A DNA stretch of 64,000 nucleotides from a bacterium (GTDB lineage Bacteria > Zixibacteria > MSB-5A5 > GN15 > FEB-12). The stretch covers positions 18,936 to 82,935 of the forward strand of contig JBDRNJ010000068.1 in NCBI GenBank assembly GCA_043811375.1. Reading direction: 5' to 3'. A program made the position numbers and the translations under genes. Shown piece by piece: positions 18,449 through 28,304 of the stretch. The notes below the pieces were generated by a model that worked only from the letters and a program-made list of their open reading frames with translations, had not been told where the DNA came from and searched no databases. Positions within the stretch are counted from its first letter, which is position 1; every line of letters starts with the position of its first letter.

Positions 18449-20908
18449 ATGAGGCGAGTTTTTTTGCGCTTCTTATTGCGGTCTGTCTCCGGCGCGATGG
18501 GAGTTCGGGACAGATGGCACGCGGTGTTTACCTTTCACGCAGGACACAGAGATTGTCACCCTGAGCGGAGTCGGAGGGAGAGCCCGGCAGACCGGGGATA
18601 CCAGATTGCCGATCTGGGAAGTCTTATCAGAATCTCCGGGCTTTTGACCTGCATTCTTTTTATTCTTGCCGTACAGGTGATGGCTCAATCGATCACAAGA
18701 TTAAGAGGGTACGTGTACGATGCCGACGATGGAATCCCCGTTGTTCGGGCGAAAGTCGAACTGCAAGCGACAGATTACCGGGTTTCCACCGATGATTTCG
18801 GTCGGTTCAGTTTTGACAACGTCCCCCCTGCCGGTTACAGTCTGAAGATCACCGCCGCCGGTTACGAGGATTACGTTGTCGAACAGGTTCATCTTACCGG
18901 GGACATAACCCGCCAGGTGGCGGCACCGCTTGCAAAGAAGGAGTACTATCTTGAGGGGGTCACGGTCACCGGCAGGTATCAACCTCTCTCCAGCGACAAG
19001 GTGACCGTAATCGAGCGCCGGCAAATAGCAGAGCTCCATCCCGGCAGTGTCTCGGACCTCCTCGAATCAGTGCCGGGTGTTTTCGTTCAGCGATCGGGGG
19101 GAGCGACGGGGCAGGCACAGGTGCGTATCAGGGGGAGTGATCCGAAACATGTGCTGGTTCTGGTCGATGGTCAGAAGATCAACCCTTCGGGCAGCGGCGT
19201 GGCCGACCTGAATACCATCCCGGTCGAGACGGTCGAACGGATCGAGATTCACAAAGGGGGCGCCTCAGCCGAGTTTGGCCCCGACGCCCTCGGCGGAGTG
19301 ATAAACATCACCACCCACCAGCAGGTTATCACGCACAAGCCATCGGCTGAGTGGTGCGTGAGAAGGGGGGATTGGGGGTCTGAGTCCAACACGCTGTCAG
19401 CATCGAACCTGGTTAGTTTCGATGGTCTGTCAACCAGGTTTGCCTTCAACTCACGGAAATCGGACGGCGATTTCGATTTCAACTATACAGTTGAGCCACG
19501 AAACAAGGTCTATGAAGGGACCCGTATCAACAACTTCACGGACTCATACAGCTACTTCGGTTCCGGCATTTACCAGTTGGCTGCTCAATCCAAACTGAAG
19601 GTTTCAGGCCAGGTGTACAAAGCGAAAAGAGGTCTTCCGGATCGGGCCTCAAAACAGAATGCGTATGCATTTGCGGAAGACAGGCGAAAACTAATTTCAG
19701 TCCGGTACGAAATCGGACAGGCACAGAAGGTTCGTGGGGAAGCGCAGATAGGTTTTTCCCAGTTCGAGCAGTATTTCTGGGATTTGGCCAGTGCGTCGCC
19801 GGTAAGTCGTTTTGAAAGTAGACACACTAACGACATATTTACTCTTCAGGTTGTCGGCGTTGCCCACCCCTGGATCAGCAGCGAGACGCACCTCGGAGTG
19901 CAGGTCTCACGAGACATCCTTTACCACACAGACTACCTGCGACCGCAGTTGAGCATGGGTAAAGCTGTCCGCGACGGCTATGCCGCTTTTGTCACCGGCA
20001 AGCAGCGTATCGGATTGCCCGCTTATGTTTTCTTCGACGACGTCTCGATGGATTTTGCCCTGCGTTATGACGAGGCAACAACCGGCAAGGACTCAACTTC
20101 GTGGCAGGACCCGGGTAAATCGCATTCAGTGGATCAATGGTCGCCCAAGATCGGCGCCGCGCTGTCAAAAGGTGAAAAGGTTTCGTTGCTGGTGCGCGCC
20201 AGCTATGGTAAATCATTTCGTTTACCTTCGGTTAACTCCCTGTTCTGGAGGGGCGATATTCGTTCGCGCGGCAATCCCAACCTGAGGCCGGAAAGAACCG
20301 AGCACTCGGAGGGCGGGATGGAACTTACCGGTTCCGTCGCATCGTTGAGCTTCAGCGCGGGTATGACCTGTTTCCACTCCCGGGTTAGTGATCTGGTAGT
20401 GTGGCAGGCGGGTTACGGTGGTGTGTGGACTCCGGTTAATCTCGAATCAGCTCTTATCACAGGGCATGAAGAGTACATCACGATTGGCTTCATGGATAAG
20501 ACACTGGAGATACAATATCAAAACACGATTACCACCGCTCAGAATAAAGTTCCCGGACATAACTCGTACGACAAGAGACTCACCTTTACACCCCGTTACG
20601 TTACCGGCGTAACGGCGCGGCTGAGGCAACGCTGGAGACAGACCATCGTTTATGCGTCTTATGCCGTCCGGTTGGTGGACATACGGTATGCCCTGTCGAG
20701 CAACACCAGGTGGTATGATGCCTACCGCATCGATGACCTTGGTTTTGGTCTCAAGGTCGGTTTCTACGAGCATTGGCGTTTGGCCTTTGATGTCAAGGTC
20801 TATAACTTAAACGATGAAAGTTACGTACTCATGACGCACTGCCCGATGCCCGACAGCGAATGGGACATAGGTCTTAAACTGTCGTACGGGGTGCAGCAAG
20901 AGTGGTAG
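18449..20908 (+). CDS. btuB: TonB-dependent receptor, probable cobalamin transporter BtuB
   Basis: Carboxypeptidase-regulatory-like N-domain, plug (VRIRGSDPKHVLVLVDGQKIN, ERIEIHKGGASAEFGPDALGGVINI), barrel with NPNLRPE; riboswitch context. The start at 18449 (SD GGAGG) is uncertain. Confidence 0.85.
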   Translation: MRRVFLRFLLRSVSGAMGVRDRWHAVFTFHAGHRDCHPERSRRESPADRGYQIADLGSLIRISGLLTCILFILAVQVMAQSITRLRGYVYDADDGIPVVRAKVELQATDYRVSTDDFGRFSFDNVPPAGYSLKITAAGYEDYVVEQVHLTGDITRQVAAPLAKKEYYLEGVTVTGRYQPLSSDKVTVIERRQIAELHPGSVSDLLESVPGVFVQRSGGATGQAQVRIRGSDPKHVLVLVDGQKINPSGSGVADLNTIPVETVERIEIHKGGASAEFGPDALGGVINITTHQQVITHKPSAEWCVRRGDWGSESNTLSASNLVSFDGLSTRFAFNSRKSDGDFDFNYTVEPRNKVYEGTRINNFTDSYSYFGSGIYQLAAQSKLKVSGQVYKAKRGLPDRASKQNAYAFAEDRRKLISVRYEIGQAQKVRGEAQIGFSQFEQYFWDLASASPVSRFESRHTNDIFTLQVVGVAHPWISSETHLGVQVSRDILYHTDYLRPQLSMGKAVRDGYAAFVTGKQRIGLPAYVFFDDVSMDFALRYDEATTGKDSTSWQDPGKSHSVDQWSPKIGAALSKGEKVSLLVRASYGKSFRLPSVNSLFWRGDIRSRGNPNLRPERTEHSEGGMELTGSVASLSFSAGMTCFHSRVSDLVVWQAGYGGVWTPVNLESALITGHEEYITIGFMDKTLEIQYQNTITTAQNKVPGHNSYDKRLTFTPRYVTGVTARLRQRWRQTIVYASYAVRLVDIRYALSSNTRWYDAYRIDDLGFGLKVGFYEHWRLAFDVKVYNLNDESYVLMTHCPMPDSEWDIGLKLSYGVQQEW

Positions 20909-20933
20909 GGAGAGTAGATCGTCAATAATTTCC

Positions 20934-22172
20934 ATGAGAAAGAACTTAACCATGTTTCGTGTTATAAATAGAGCTCTGGTATTGGTGCTGCTGAATGCAG
21001 CGCTGGTTTCGGCAGTCGATGAGATTGCGTATGTGATCAACACTTCCGGGGAATCCCTGTCTAAAATAAACCTGACCAGCGGCGTTGTTGCCAACGACAT
21101 ACTTCCGCTGGGATCAGACATCCTGAGCTACCCCAATCAGATTGTTGTGAGGGATACGCTGGCATACGTTATTGCCTCCGGCACCGACGAGATGCAGATC
21201 ATCAATCTAAAGACGGAATCGACCGTCGGTTTTATCAACACCGGCGCCGGCTCCAATCCTTTCTGGGTGGCCTTCCTGGACGACAGGTACTGTTACGTCA
21301 CTCAAATGATGTACAACAGCCTGGCCAAAGTGGATGTTGTCAGCGGGACAGTCGTTCGCGAGGATTCAGTCGGCCTCAGCCCGGAGGGGATCATTATTAC
21401 CGATTTCAAGGCCTACATCGCCATAACGGCCTTTGATTACAACACGTTTACATTTGGACAGGGGAAGGTGGTTGTATATGATATCCAGGGCGATACCCTC
21501 CTGAACGAGATGAACGTTGGGAAGAACCCGCAGTACCTGGCTCGGGATATGTCGGGACGAATACATGTCATCTGCACCGGCGATTACTCGTCCTCGTTTG
21601 GTATGATATATGTCATCGATCCCGGTGCCGATACGGTTGTCGACAGCTTCTCGGTTGGCGGCTCACCCGGTCAATTAACGATAGGTCCGGACGATGTCGC
21701 TTACCTGGCTGCGGGTGGCTGGGTCACTCACGGCTACGTCTACACATATAATGCCGCTACCGGACAGGTGTATCACGGCGTCGGCAATCCCATCGTCGTT
21801 GATTCGGGTTGCGCCATGGTTGTGGCCTACCAGGACTCGACCGTTTACGAGGGCAATTTCAAGGATTTCGTAGCCCGGATTGACTCGTCGGGGACACAAC
21901 TGGCAAACTACGCCCTCGGCGACGGGCCGGTTCACCTCGATTTCAATTACCTGCCGGGGGATTTCAATGGCGACTTCGCCACCGACGTTGGCGACCTCAC
22001 CGCCCTGGTGGCCTGGTTGTTCCAGGGTGGCGTGCCGCCTCATTACCCGTTTTGGCGGGCCAATATGGACGGCAGCTATGGGTGCGATGTCGGTGACCTT
22101 ACCTATCTGGTAGCGTACCTGTTTCAGGGTGGCTCCCCTCCGAAGGTGGGTCCTGCCTGGGTCCGTCCGTAG
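20934..22172 (+). CDS. YncE/BtuG-like beta-propeller with C-terminal type I dockerin
   Basis: Signal peptide; YVTN-like blades (VGLSPEGI, VGKNPQYL, VGGSPGQL, LGDGPVHL); C-terminal duplicated Ca-binding segments GDFNGDFATDVGDLTALVAWLF / ANMDGSYGCDVGDLTYLVAYLF. Confidence 0.85.
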   Translation: MRKNLTMFRVINRALVLVLLNAALVSAVDEIAYVINTSGESLSKINLTSGVVANDILPLGSDILSYPNQIVVRDTLAYVIASGTDEMQIINLKTESTVGFINTGAGSNPFWVAFLDDRYCYVTQMMYNSLAKVDVVSGTVVREDSVGLSPEGIIITDFKAYIAITAFDYNTFTFGQGKVVVYDIQGDTLLNEMNVGKNPQYLARDMSGRIHVICTGDYSSSFGMIYVIDPGADTVVDSFSVGGSPGQLTIGPDDVAYLAAGGWVTHGYVYTYNAATGQVYHGVGNPIVVDSGCAMVVAYQDSTVYEGNFKDFVARIDSSGTQLANYALGDGPVHLDFNYLPGDFNGDFATDVGDLTALVAWLFQGGVPPHYPFWRANMDGSYGCDVGDLTYLVAYLFQGGSPPKVGPAWVRP

Positions 22173-22179
22173 TTGTAGT

Positions 22180-22420
22180 GTTGAAAAAGTCGTTGAGAGA
22201 AGCGGAGGCCTTCGAGCCGAAGCGACGTGGCAGCCATCGGCTGATTTATGGGTTCCACGGTTCACCTCAGTCTCACATTTATTTGTTCCTTTGGGAACAC
22301 TTGGACTTGTGGAATAGTCGTCAGGTCACACCCCCGACTTCGTTGCTTGGCCCGACTTCGTCGGTGTCAAGACCTGACCGAAACTTAATTATGACACAGC
22401 TTGTCCGCTCAGGGTGACGA
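22180..22420. repeat. Degenerate MITE/REP remnants
   Basis: TGTTGAAAAA...GAAGCGACGTGGC (like copy A); TCAGGTC...GACCTGA; TCCGCTCAGGGTGAC at 22404-22418. Confidence 0.5.
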
Positions 22421-22663
22421 CATTCGTTGCCTTGTGAAACATACTTATGGGACAGCCCCTGGACATGCGCCGGCCAAAGGGGAATCGGTCCTCGACAATC
22501 CACCTTGATTGAAGGACCACTGTCATTTCTTTGAGTTTCTACGGGATACTACGGGCACGGTTTGTCTTGTATCAGGGCTGGTCGGGAAAGAGGCCGGGTA
22601 CTGGTCGGCATCAAAAACTGGTCCCGGACGAGAACAATTGACCATAAAAAGAAGGGTTTTCTA

Positions 22664-22691
22664 TTGACAACAACGGGTTTGAGTGTATATT
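22664..22691 (+). promoter_or_regulatory. Putative sigma70 promoter
   Basis: TTGACA-N16-TATATT upstream of the ORF at 22757. Confidence 0.45.
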
Positions 22692-22756
22692 TACTTATTC
22701 TCGCTGCACGTGGCAGTAGTAATTCGCAACATTTGTAGGATTTCTGAAAGCAACTT

Positions 22757-23179
22757 ATGAGTGGATGGCACCTGGAATACTCGATTGACGTTGATCCCAA
22801 GATCCGGACTGTTTACGAAAAGATTTTCGGTGTATGGAGGATCAGCACGGCGGAGAGTTTCGTCCGGGACTACGAGGTTGAGGTAGCGCCCCTGATCAAG
22901 AAACCCTGGGCGCGGTTGTGTGATTTGACCAACTGGAAAACAGCCTATCCGGAAGTAATTGATATCATCGGTGATCATCTGGTGTGGTGTCGCGAGCACA
23001 ACCTGGCCTGGTCCACGAACATCATTAATAACCCGGTGACTTTCAACCAGCTAAGAAGAATGTTTGACAAGGGGGGCACCAAGGAGATCTCACGGACATT
23101 TCGTACTCGAATTGAGGCCGAGCAGTTTCTGCGTGAGAAAGGATTTGGTATCGAAGCTTCCCCCACTCCCTGGAAATAA
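22757..23179 (+). CDS. Hypothetical protein, possibly STAS/SEC14 (SpoIIAA-like) fold
   Basis: 140 aa with pattern ARLCDLTNWK...SRTFRTRIEAEQFL, typical of SpoIIAA-like domains; family assignment tentative. Confidence 0.55.
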   Translation: MSGWHLEYSIDVDPKIRTVYEKIFGVWRISTAESFVRDYEVEVAPLIKKPWARLCDLTNWKTAYPEVIDIIGDHLVWCREHNLAWSTNIINNPVTFNQLRRMFDKGGTKEISRTFRTRIEAEQFLREKGFGIEASPTPWK

Positions 23180-23359
23180 GTCGGTTCCCTTAGACTAAGC
23201 TCCCCGGAGTCAGCTCCGGTGGTGATCCGTCAGCGCCGCCCAAACAGCAGTTATGGACCTTAGCCGACAGCCTTGTGACATTTATGGGGGGGGTTGCTTT
23301 TCCGGCGATATCGGCATAGATTACAGGCTCCTGAACATGACAAGACTGAGGTACAACAT

Positions 23360-25102
23360 ATGAAGTGCTCTAAACTGACGGCAGTTTGTCTGGCAACCCT
23401 GTTGATCGGGTGTGGCCCGGAATTCTTATCGCAACGGAATATCGATCAGCACGATTATATCGTAGCGCAGGCGGACACATTGTACTCGATAACTATACCG
23501 CAGCTTTACCGGGTGCTGGAACAAACGGAGCGGGCTCGTTACGGGGGCATGATTACGGCTGAAGAGGTGGCGGACGTTCTGGACAGTATCTTGTGTGACA
23601 CACTGGCCGGATTTCGAGCCGACGATCTCAATCTGGGTGATTACTACAACTATTATAACACCTACGAGAAGCGTTATTTCCGGTACCTGATCACCAGGTA
23701 CTTTGAAGAGGAAGTATACAAGAAAGTCAGTGTCGACTCACAGGAAGTAGTCGATTTTCGTGCCGGCCGTCCGGATTTGTTTGCACTTGACGAACAGGTT
23801 CTGGTACGCCAGATATTAATATCGCCGGTTGGCCTGAAAAACGGTCCCGATTCAGTTAATTTCCGAACTCTGACTGAGGAACGGTTGAATCAGGAGATGG
23901 TCAAATATGTCTACCAGATACGCCGTATGCTCGATTTTGGGGTGGCGTTTGAGGAAGTAGCCGGCAAGTACTCTCACGACGAGATGTCGGCCCGGCAAGG
24001 CGGGTTAGTGGGTTGGACGAAACGGAGAAAATACGAGGACCCGTTCGATTCGATTGCTTTTTCGATACAGCCCGGGGAAATCTCTGAGCCGTACCAGGAT
24101 AATTCCGGCTGGCATATTCTATATATCGAGGAACGTATCGACGAGGGACTGGCCAACCTCGACAAAGAACAATACGAAATTGCCGAAGCGTCGCTTTCGA
24201 TGAGCAAGGGCAGTCGGAGAATGAATCCGTTGCGGGATTCCCTGTTTGATCAAGTGGAATTGGCCTACAACGAAGCTGTTTTGGACAGCAACATTGATTT
24301 TATGGAGATCACTACCTGGGCCGCGATCGTCAACGGACAGGACACAATCAACGTGGACGAAATGGGGCGGTTGGAGCGGTCGTATCGTGGGTATCGCAAT
24401 GTCAAGAATACGACGCCGGAAATGAAAAAAGAGATAATTCTAACCCTGGCGGAGCGTTATTCCTATGTACAGGGTGCTCGGGCGGCAGGGATTGATACTA
24501 TACCGGACGTGGTGGCCGAAGAAAAAGCTCTGCGGCATAAGTACTCCAAGGAAATTATTGCCAAGCAGGGTCGGTCGTTGGGGTGGATACCCCCGAAAGA
24601 CCTGGTTCAGAAGTACTTCGATGAACACATCGAGGAATTTACGGTCGAGGCCGGTGTCCACGTGCAGCACATTATCGTCGACGATTCGGTGTTCGGGGAA
24701 TTCGTGAGAGATCAGGCTATGGCCGGGGTCGATTTCCTTGAGTTGGCTAAGGAGTATTATCCGGGCGAACCCGGTGTCAGGGCCGACCTTGCCGATCTTG
24801 GTATGATCGGTCCCGAGGACGTGCCGCCGGAGCTCTACACCGCGGCATCGGTAACCCCGGTCGGTGTCGTGACACATCCGGTCAAGACTCAATACGGATA
24901 CCATATCATCAAGGTAGTTAGTCGCACTGAACCGACTCGTTTGCATCATGTCAGCAGTAAGATAAATGAAATACTGAGAAAGCAGCAGGCGCGGGAAATC
25001 TTCAACCGATACCGGGATGATCTGTATACCCGGTATAATGTGCGTTTCAAGGGGAAACTCTACCCTGTTCATCTCAGGCCGATGACCAGCCGCAACGAGT
25101 AG
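23360..25102 (+). CDS. Lipoprotein peptidyl-prolyl isomerase with two parvulin (PpiC) domains, SurA/PrsA-like
   Basis: Lipobox LLIGC; FEEVAGKYSHD..SARQGGLVGW; GWHILYIEE; VHVQHIIV; TQYGYHIIKV. Confidence 0.88.
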   Translation: MKCSKLTAVCLATLLIGCGPEFLSQRNIDQHDYIVAQADTLYSITIPQLYRVLEQTERARYGGMITAEEVADVLDSILCDTLAGFRADDLNLGDYYNYYNTYEKRYFRYLITRYFEEEVYKKVSVDSQEVVDFRAGRPDLFALDEQVLVRQILISPVGLKNGPDSVNFRTLTEERLNQEMVKYVYQIRRMLDFGVAFEEVAGKYSHDEMSARQGGLVGWTKRRKYEDPFDSIAFSIQPGEISEPYQDNSGWHILYIEERIDEGLANLDKEQYEIAEASLSMSKGSRRMNPLRDSLFDQVELAYNEAVLDSNIDFMEITTWAAIVNGQDTINVDEMGRLERSYRGYRNVKNTTPEMKKEIILTLAERYSYVQGARAAGIDTIPDVVAEEKALRHKYSKEIIAKQGRSLGWIPPKDLVQKYFDEHIEEFTVEAGVHVQHIIVDDSVFGEFVRDQAMAGVDFLELAKEYYPGEPGVRADLADLGMIGPEDVPPELYTAASVTPVGVVTHPVKTQYGYHIIKVVSRTEPTRLHHVSSKINEILRKQQAREIFNRYRDDLYTRYNVRFKGKLYPVHLRPMTSRNE

Positions 25103-25737
25103 TGATGGCTGACCGCAAAACTGCTGCTGATTCACATCAGATCTCATTCAGCCGGGAACTGATACGCAAGGGCACTCACATGGGTGCTCTGGTAATCCCC
25201 GGTGGCTATTACCTGCTGCGATTGGATAAACTTGAGATGCTGGCGGTGATGTTGCCGATCGCCGTGGCGATGGTCCTTATAGATGTAGCTCGGCTGCGGG
25301 GGTGGTGGCTATGGCGATCCGTGGCGCGGCCGGTTATTGGCCCTCTGATCAGACATCACGAAAGCGCCGGTGATTTCATCGGAGCCACTCATATACTTTT
25401 GTCTGTCTGTTTTACGATTGCTCTGTACGACAAACCGATAGCCATTGCGGCGCTGGTGTTTATCATGGTCGGGGACACTTTCGCGGCGCTGGTGGGGCGC
25501 AAGTTCGGACGTCACCGCTGGGGTCGGAAATCACTGGAGGGCTCTCTGGCCTGTCTGGTCAGCACAGTGGCGGTAGCGCTGTTATTGCCCGGGTTGGTTC
25601 TTGAAGTAGCTCTGGCTGGAGCTGTGGTGGCGACAGTCGTCGAAGGACTCCCCCTGAAGATTGACGATAACACATCGGTACCGATTCTATCCGGCCTGTT
25701 CATGACGCTTCTGAGCCGCCTGCCGGTAATCGGCTGA
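25102..25737 (+). CDS. SEC59/DGK1/VTE5-family polyprenol/diacylglycerol kinase
   Basis: RELIRKGTHM, GDTFAALVGRKFG, KSLEGSLA, DDNTSVP. Confidence 0.88.
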   Translation: MMADRKTAADSHQISFSRELIRKGTHMGALVIPGGYYLLRLDKLEMLAVMLPIAVAMVLIDVARLRGWWLWRSVARPVIGPLIRHHESAGDFIGATHILLSVCFTIALYDKPIAIAALVFIMVGDTFAALVGRKFGRHRWGRKSLEGSLACLVSTVAVALLLPGLVLEVALAGAVVATVVEGLPLKIDDNTSVPILSGLFMTLLSRLPVIG

Positions 25738-25824
25738 TTACTTCAGATTTTTTGTTGTTTTTTGGCTCAAACGTCGTATAATCAATAAAGAGACACGTTC
25801 ACTGTTACACCGGGAGCAGACTGA

Positions 25825-26031
25825 ATGTCAAAAGGCAAGGTTAAGTATTTCAACGACTTAACAGGCTGGGGTATCATTTCAGGACAACAACTGAGGCAGG
25901 ACATTTACGTTCACTACACTGATATCAAAATGAATGGGTTCAAGACCCTGCGCGTCGGTCAGGACGTCCTGTATGAGCTGGCACGGACAGAGCGCGGGCA
26001 TCAAGCCCGCAATGTGACGCCGGTAGCTTAA
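25825..26031 (+). CDS. Cold shock domain protein
   Basis: GKVKYFND..GWGII..DIYVHYTDI..GFKTL..G; SD GGGAG. Confidence 0.9.
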   Translation: MSKGKVKYFNDLTGWGIISGQQLRQDIYVHYTDIKMNGFKTLRVGQDVLYELARTERGHQARNVTPVA

Positions 26032-26161
26032 AACCTGAGCGGCTATTGATACCAATGCCGGGATAAACTGGTAAGTCAGTGCGGCGGGTAGGTAATCCTG
26101 CTGCCTGAGTTTTGCCCGGTTTGTCATTGACAGTCAATCACAAAAGGGTCACACTCTGGTT

Positions 26162-28252
26162 GTGGCTGAGATGACGCTAACTTCTCCTTTGCAGTATCTC
26201 AAAGGGGTCGGTCCGCACCGCGCCAAGGTTCTGGCGCGGCACCACCTGGTTCAGGTGTGCGATCTGCTGTTTTATTTTCCCAGAGCATACCTTGATCGCA
26301 CTCGGATTGTCCGTATCAGTTCGATCAAACCCGACCAGTCAGTAACTATTGTGGGCCGGGTGAAAGCCCACGGCAAGCTGTACGGCAGGAAAAGGTCCAT
26401 GTATGAAGTCATCCTGGAGGATGACAGCGGGGCGATAACGCTCACCTGGTTTCGTGGTGTCAAATACTTTGAGCGAATGTTTCAAAAAGGACAGAAGTAT
26501 GCCGCCACCGGAATCGTCAGCTACTTCAACGGGTATCAGATACTACATCCGGAGTTGGAGCGGCTGGAGGAAGACAGCGATGAAATGATTCATGCCGGTC
26601 GCATCGTACCGGTCTACCCCCAGACGGCTGAGTTAAACCGGGTGGGGCTGAACAGCCGTGGTATTCGGAAACTGACGACCCTGGTACTTGATAATCTGAG
26701 CGAAACCATTACCGACCCGGTTCCGGCAACCGAAAAGACGAAACTGGGACTGCCGTCGCTTCACGAGGCCGTGGTTCAGATGCACTACCCCTCCAGTCAG
26801 AGCAATATAGAATCCAGCCGCCGCCGACTGGCTTTTGATGAGTTGCTGAAGTTCCAGTTTTTGGTTTTTAGCCGCCGGGGTCTCAAAGAGACAGTGGTCA
26901 AGAAACATCATTACCGTTTGCCCGGCGAGAAAATGACGGCGTTCGAAAACCGGTTACCCTTTTCGTTAACAGCCGCCCAGCAGAAAGTTACCGGTGAAAT
27001 CATCTCGGATATGCAGTTGCCGCCTCCGATGGCCCGGCTGTTGCAGGGGGATGTCGGCTGCGGCAAGACGGTGGTCGCTATTCTGTCCGCCCTCTATGTG
27101 GCTGAAAACAACCTGCAGACGGCCTTTATGGCGCCTACCGAAATACTGGCCGAGCAGCACTACCGGACCTGGGGAGAAGCGCTGTCACGGCTGGGAGTAA
27201 CCAGTGCCCTGTTGACATCCAGCCTCCGGGGATCTCAGAAGAAGAAGGTAGCCCGGCAATGTACTGAGGGGGAAGTGCAGGTTCTTTTCGGTACCCACGC
27301 ACTGATATACGATTACGTCTCTTTCAGCGATCTGGGGCTGGTGATAATTGATGAACAGCATCGTTTTGGCGTGGAACAGCGGAGTCGGCTCTGCGCCAAA
27401 GGAGACAGTCCGGATTTGCTGGTCCTGACCGCTACGCCGATACCACGGACACTGGCGCTGACGTTCTATGGCGACCTGGACATCTCGACTATCGACAGCT
27501 TGCCTCCCGGACGCAAGAAAACACGCACGGTGTGGCGGATGCAGGACACTCGTGACAAAGTCTATCAGTACGTCAGGGAAGAGGCAGGCCGGGGAGGACA
27601 GGTTTATATCATATATCCGGTGATTGAGAAATCCGAGCAGTTGCCGCTGGAGAGTGTCGAAGAAGCTTACCGGAAGCTTTCCAAAGACGTCTTCTCCGGT
27701 TTGCACGTCGGTATGGTACACGGGCGCTTGAAAGCGGCTGAGAGGGATGACGTACTGGCGCGGTTTCGGGATCGGGAACTGGATATTCTGCTGTCAACGA
27801 CGGTAATCGAGGTCGGTATCGACAATCCCGGAGCCACCCTTATGGTCATTGAACATGCCGAACGGTTTGGTCTGGCCCAGTTGCACCAGTTGCGCGGTCG
27901 CATCGGCCGTGGTTCCCGGGAAGCTACGCTGGTGGCACTGGCTCACCCGCCACTTTCGGATATTGCCCGCCGCCGGCTGACTATGTTTGTCTCTACCTCT
28001 GACGGTTTTGAGATAGCCGAGGCGGATATGCAACTGCGCGGTCCGGGGGAGATGTTCGGCGTTCGCCAGTCGGGTCTGCCGGAATTCAGAACAGCCAGGC
28101 TGGCGGTTGACCGAGATTTAATCGAGGCCGGGCAACGTCTGCTTCAGACTATGTCGGCCGGCCCGGACCGCCTTGACAACGAGCAAAGCAAGCTGTATTC
28201 CTATCTTCAGGAAAGCGCCACCCACCGGAAAACACTTCTCGGCGGGGGATGA
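26162..28252 (+). CDS. recG: ATP-dependent DNA helicase RecG
   Basis: LLQGDVGCGKT, DEQHRFG, TATPIPR, AERFGLAQLHQLRGRIGR, DMQLRGPGE. Confidence 0.97.
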   Translation: MAEMTLTSPLQYLKGVGPHRAKVLARHHLVQVCDLLFYFPRAYLDRTRIVRISSIKPDQSVTIVGRVKAHGKLYGRKRSMYEVILEDDSGAITLTWFRGVKYFERMFQKGQKYAATGIVSYFNGYQILHPELERLEEDSDEMIHAGRIVPVYPQTAELNRVGLNSRGIRKLTTLVLDNLSETITDPVPATEKTKLGLPSLHEAVVQMHYPSSQSNIESSRRRLAFDELLKFQFLVFSRRGLKETVVKKHHYRLPGEKMTAFENRLPFSLTAAQQKVTGEIISDMQLPPPMARLLQGDVGCGKTVVAILSALYVAENNLQTAFMAPTEILAEQHYRTWGEALSRLGVTSALLTSSLRGSQKKKVARQCTEGEVQVLFGTHALIYDYVSFSDLGLVIIDEQHRFGVEQRSRLCAKGDSPDLLVLTATPIPRTLALTFYGDLDISTIDSLPPGRKKTRTVWRMQDTRDKVYQYVREEAGRGGQVYIIYPVIEKSEQLPLESVEEAYRKLSKDVFSGLHVGMVHGRLKAAERDDVLARFRDRELDILLSTTVIEVGIDNPGATLMVIEHAERFGLAQLHQLRGRIGRGSREATLVALAHPPLSDIARRRLTMFVSTSDGFEIAEADMQLRGPGEMFGVRQSGLPEFRTARLAVDRDLIEAGQRLLQTMSAGPDRLDNEQSKLYSYLQESATHRKTLLGGG

Positions 28253-28304
28253 TAACAGTCATAGCTGCCGACCTTAATTCACGGCAGCATCAGGAGCATT
28301 TGGT

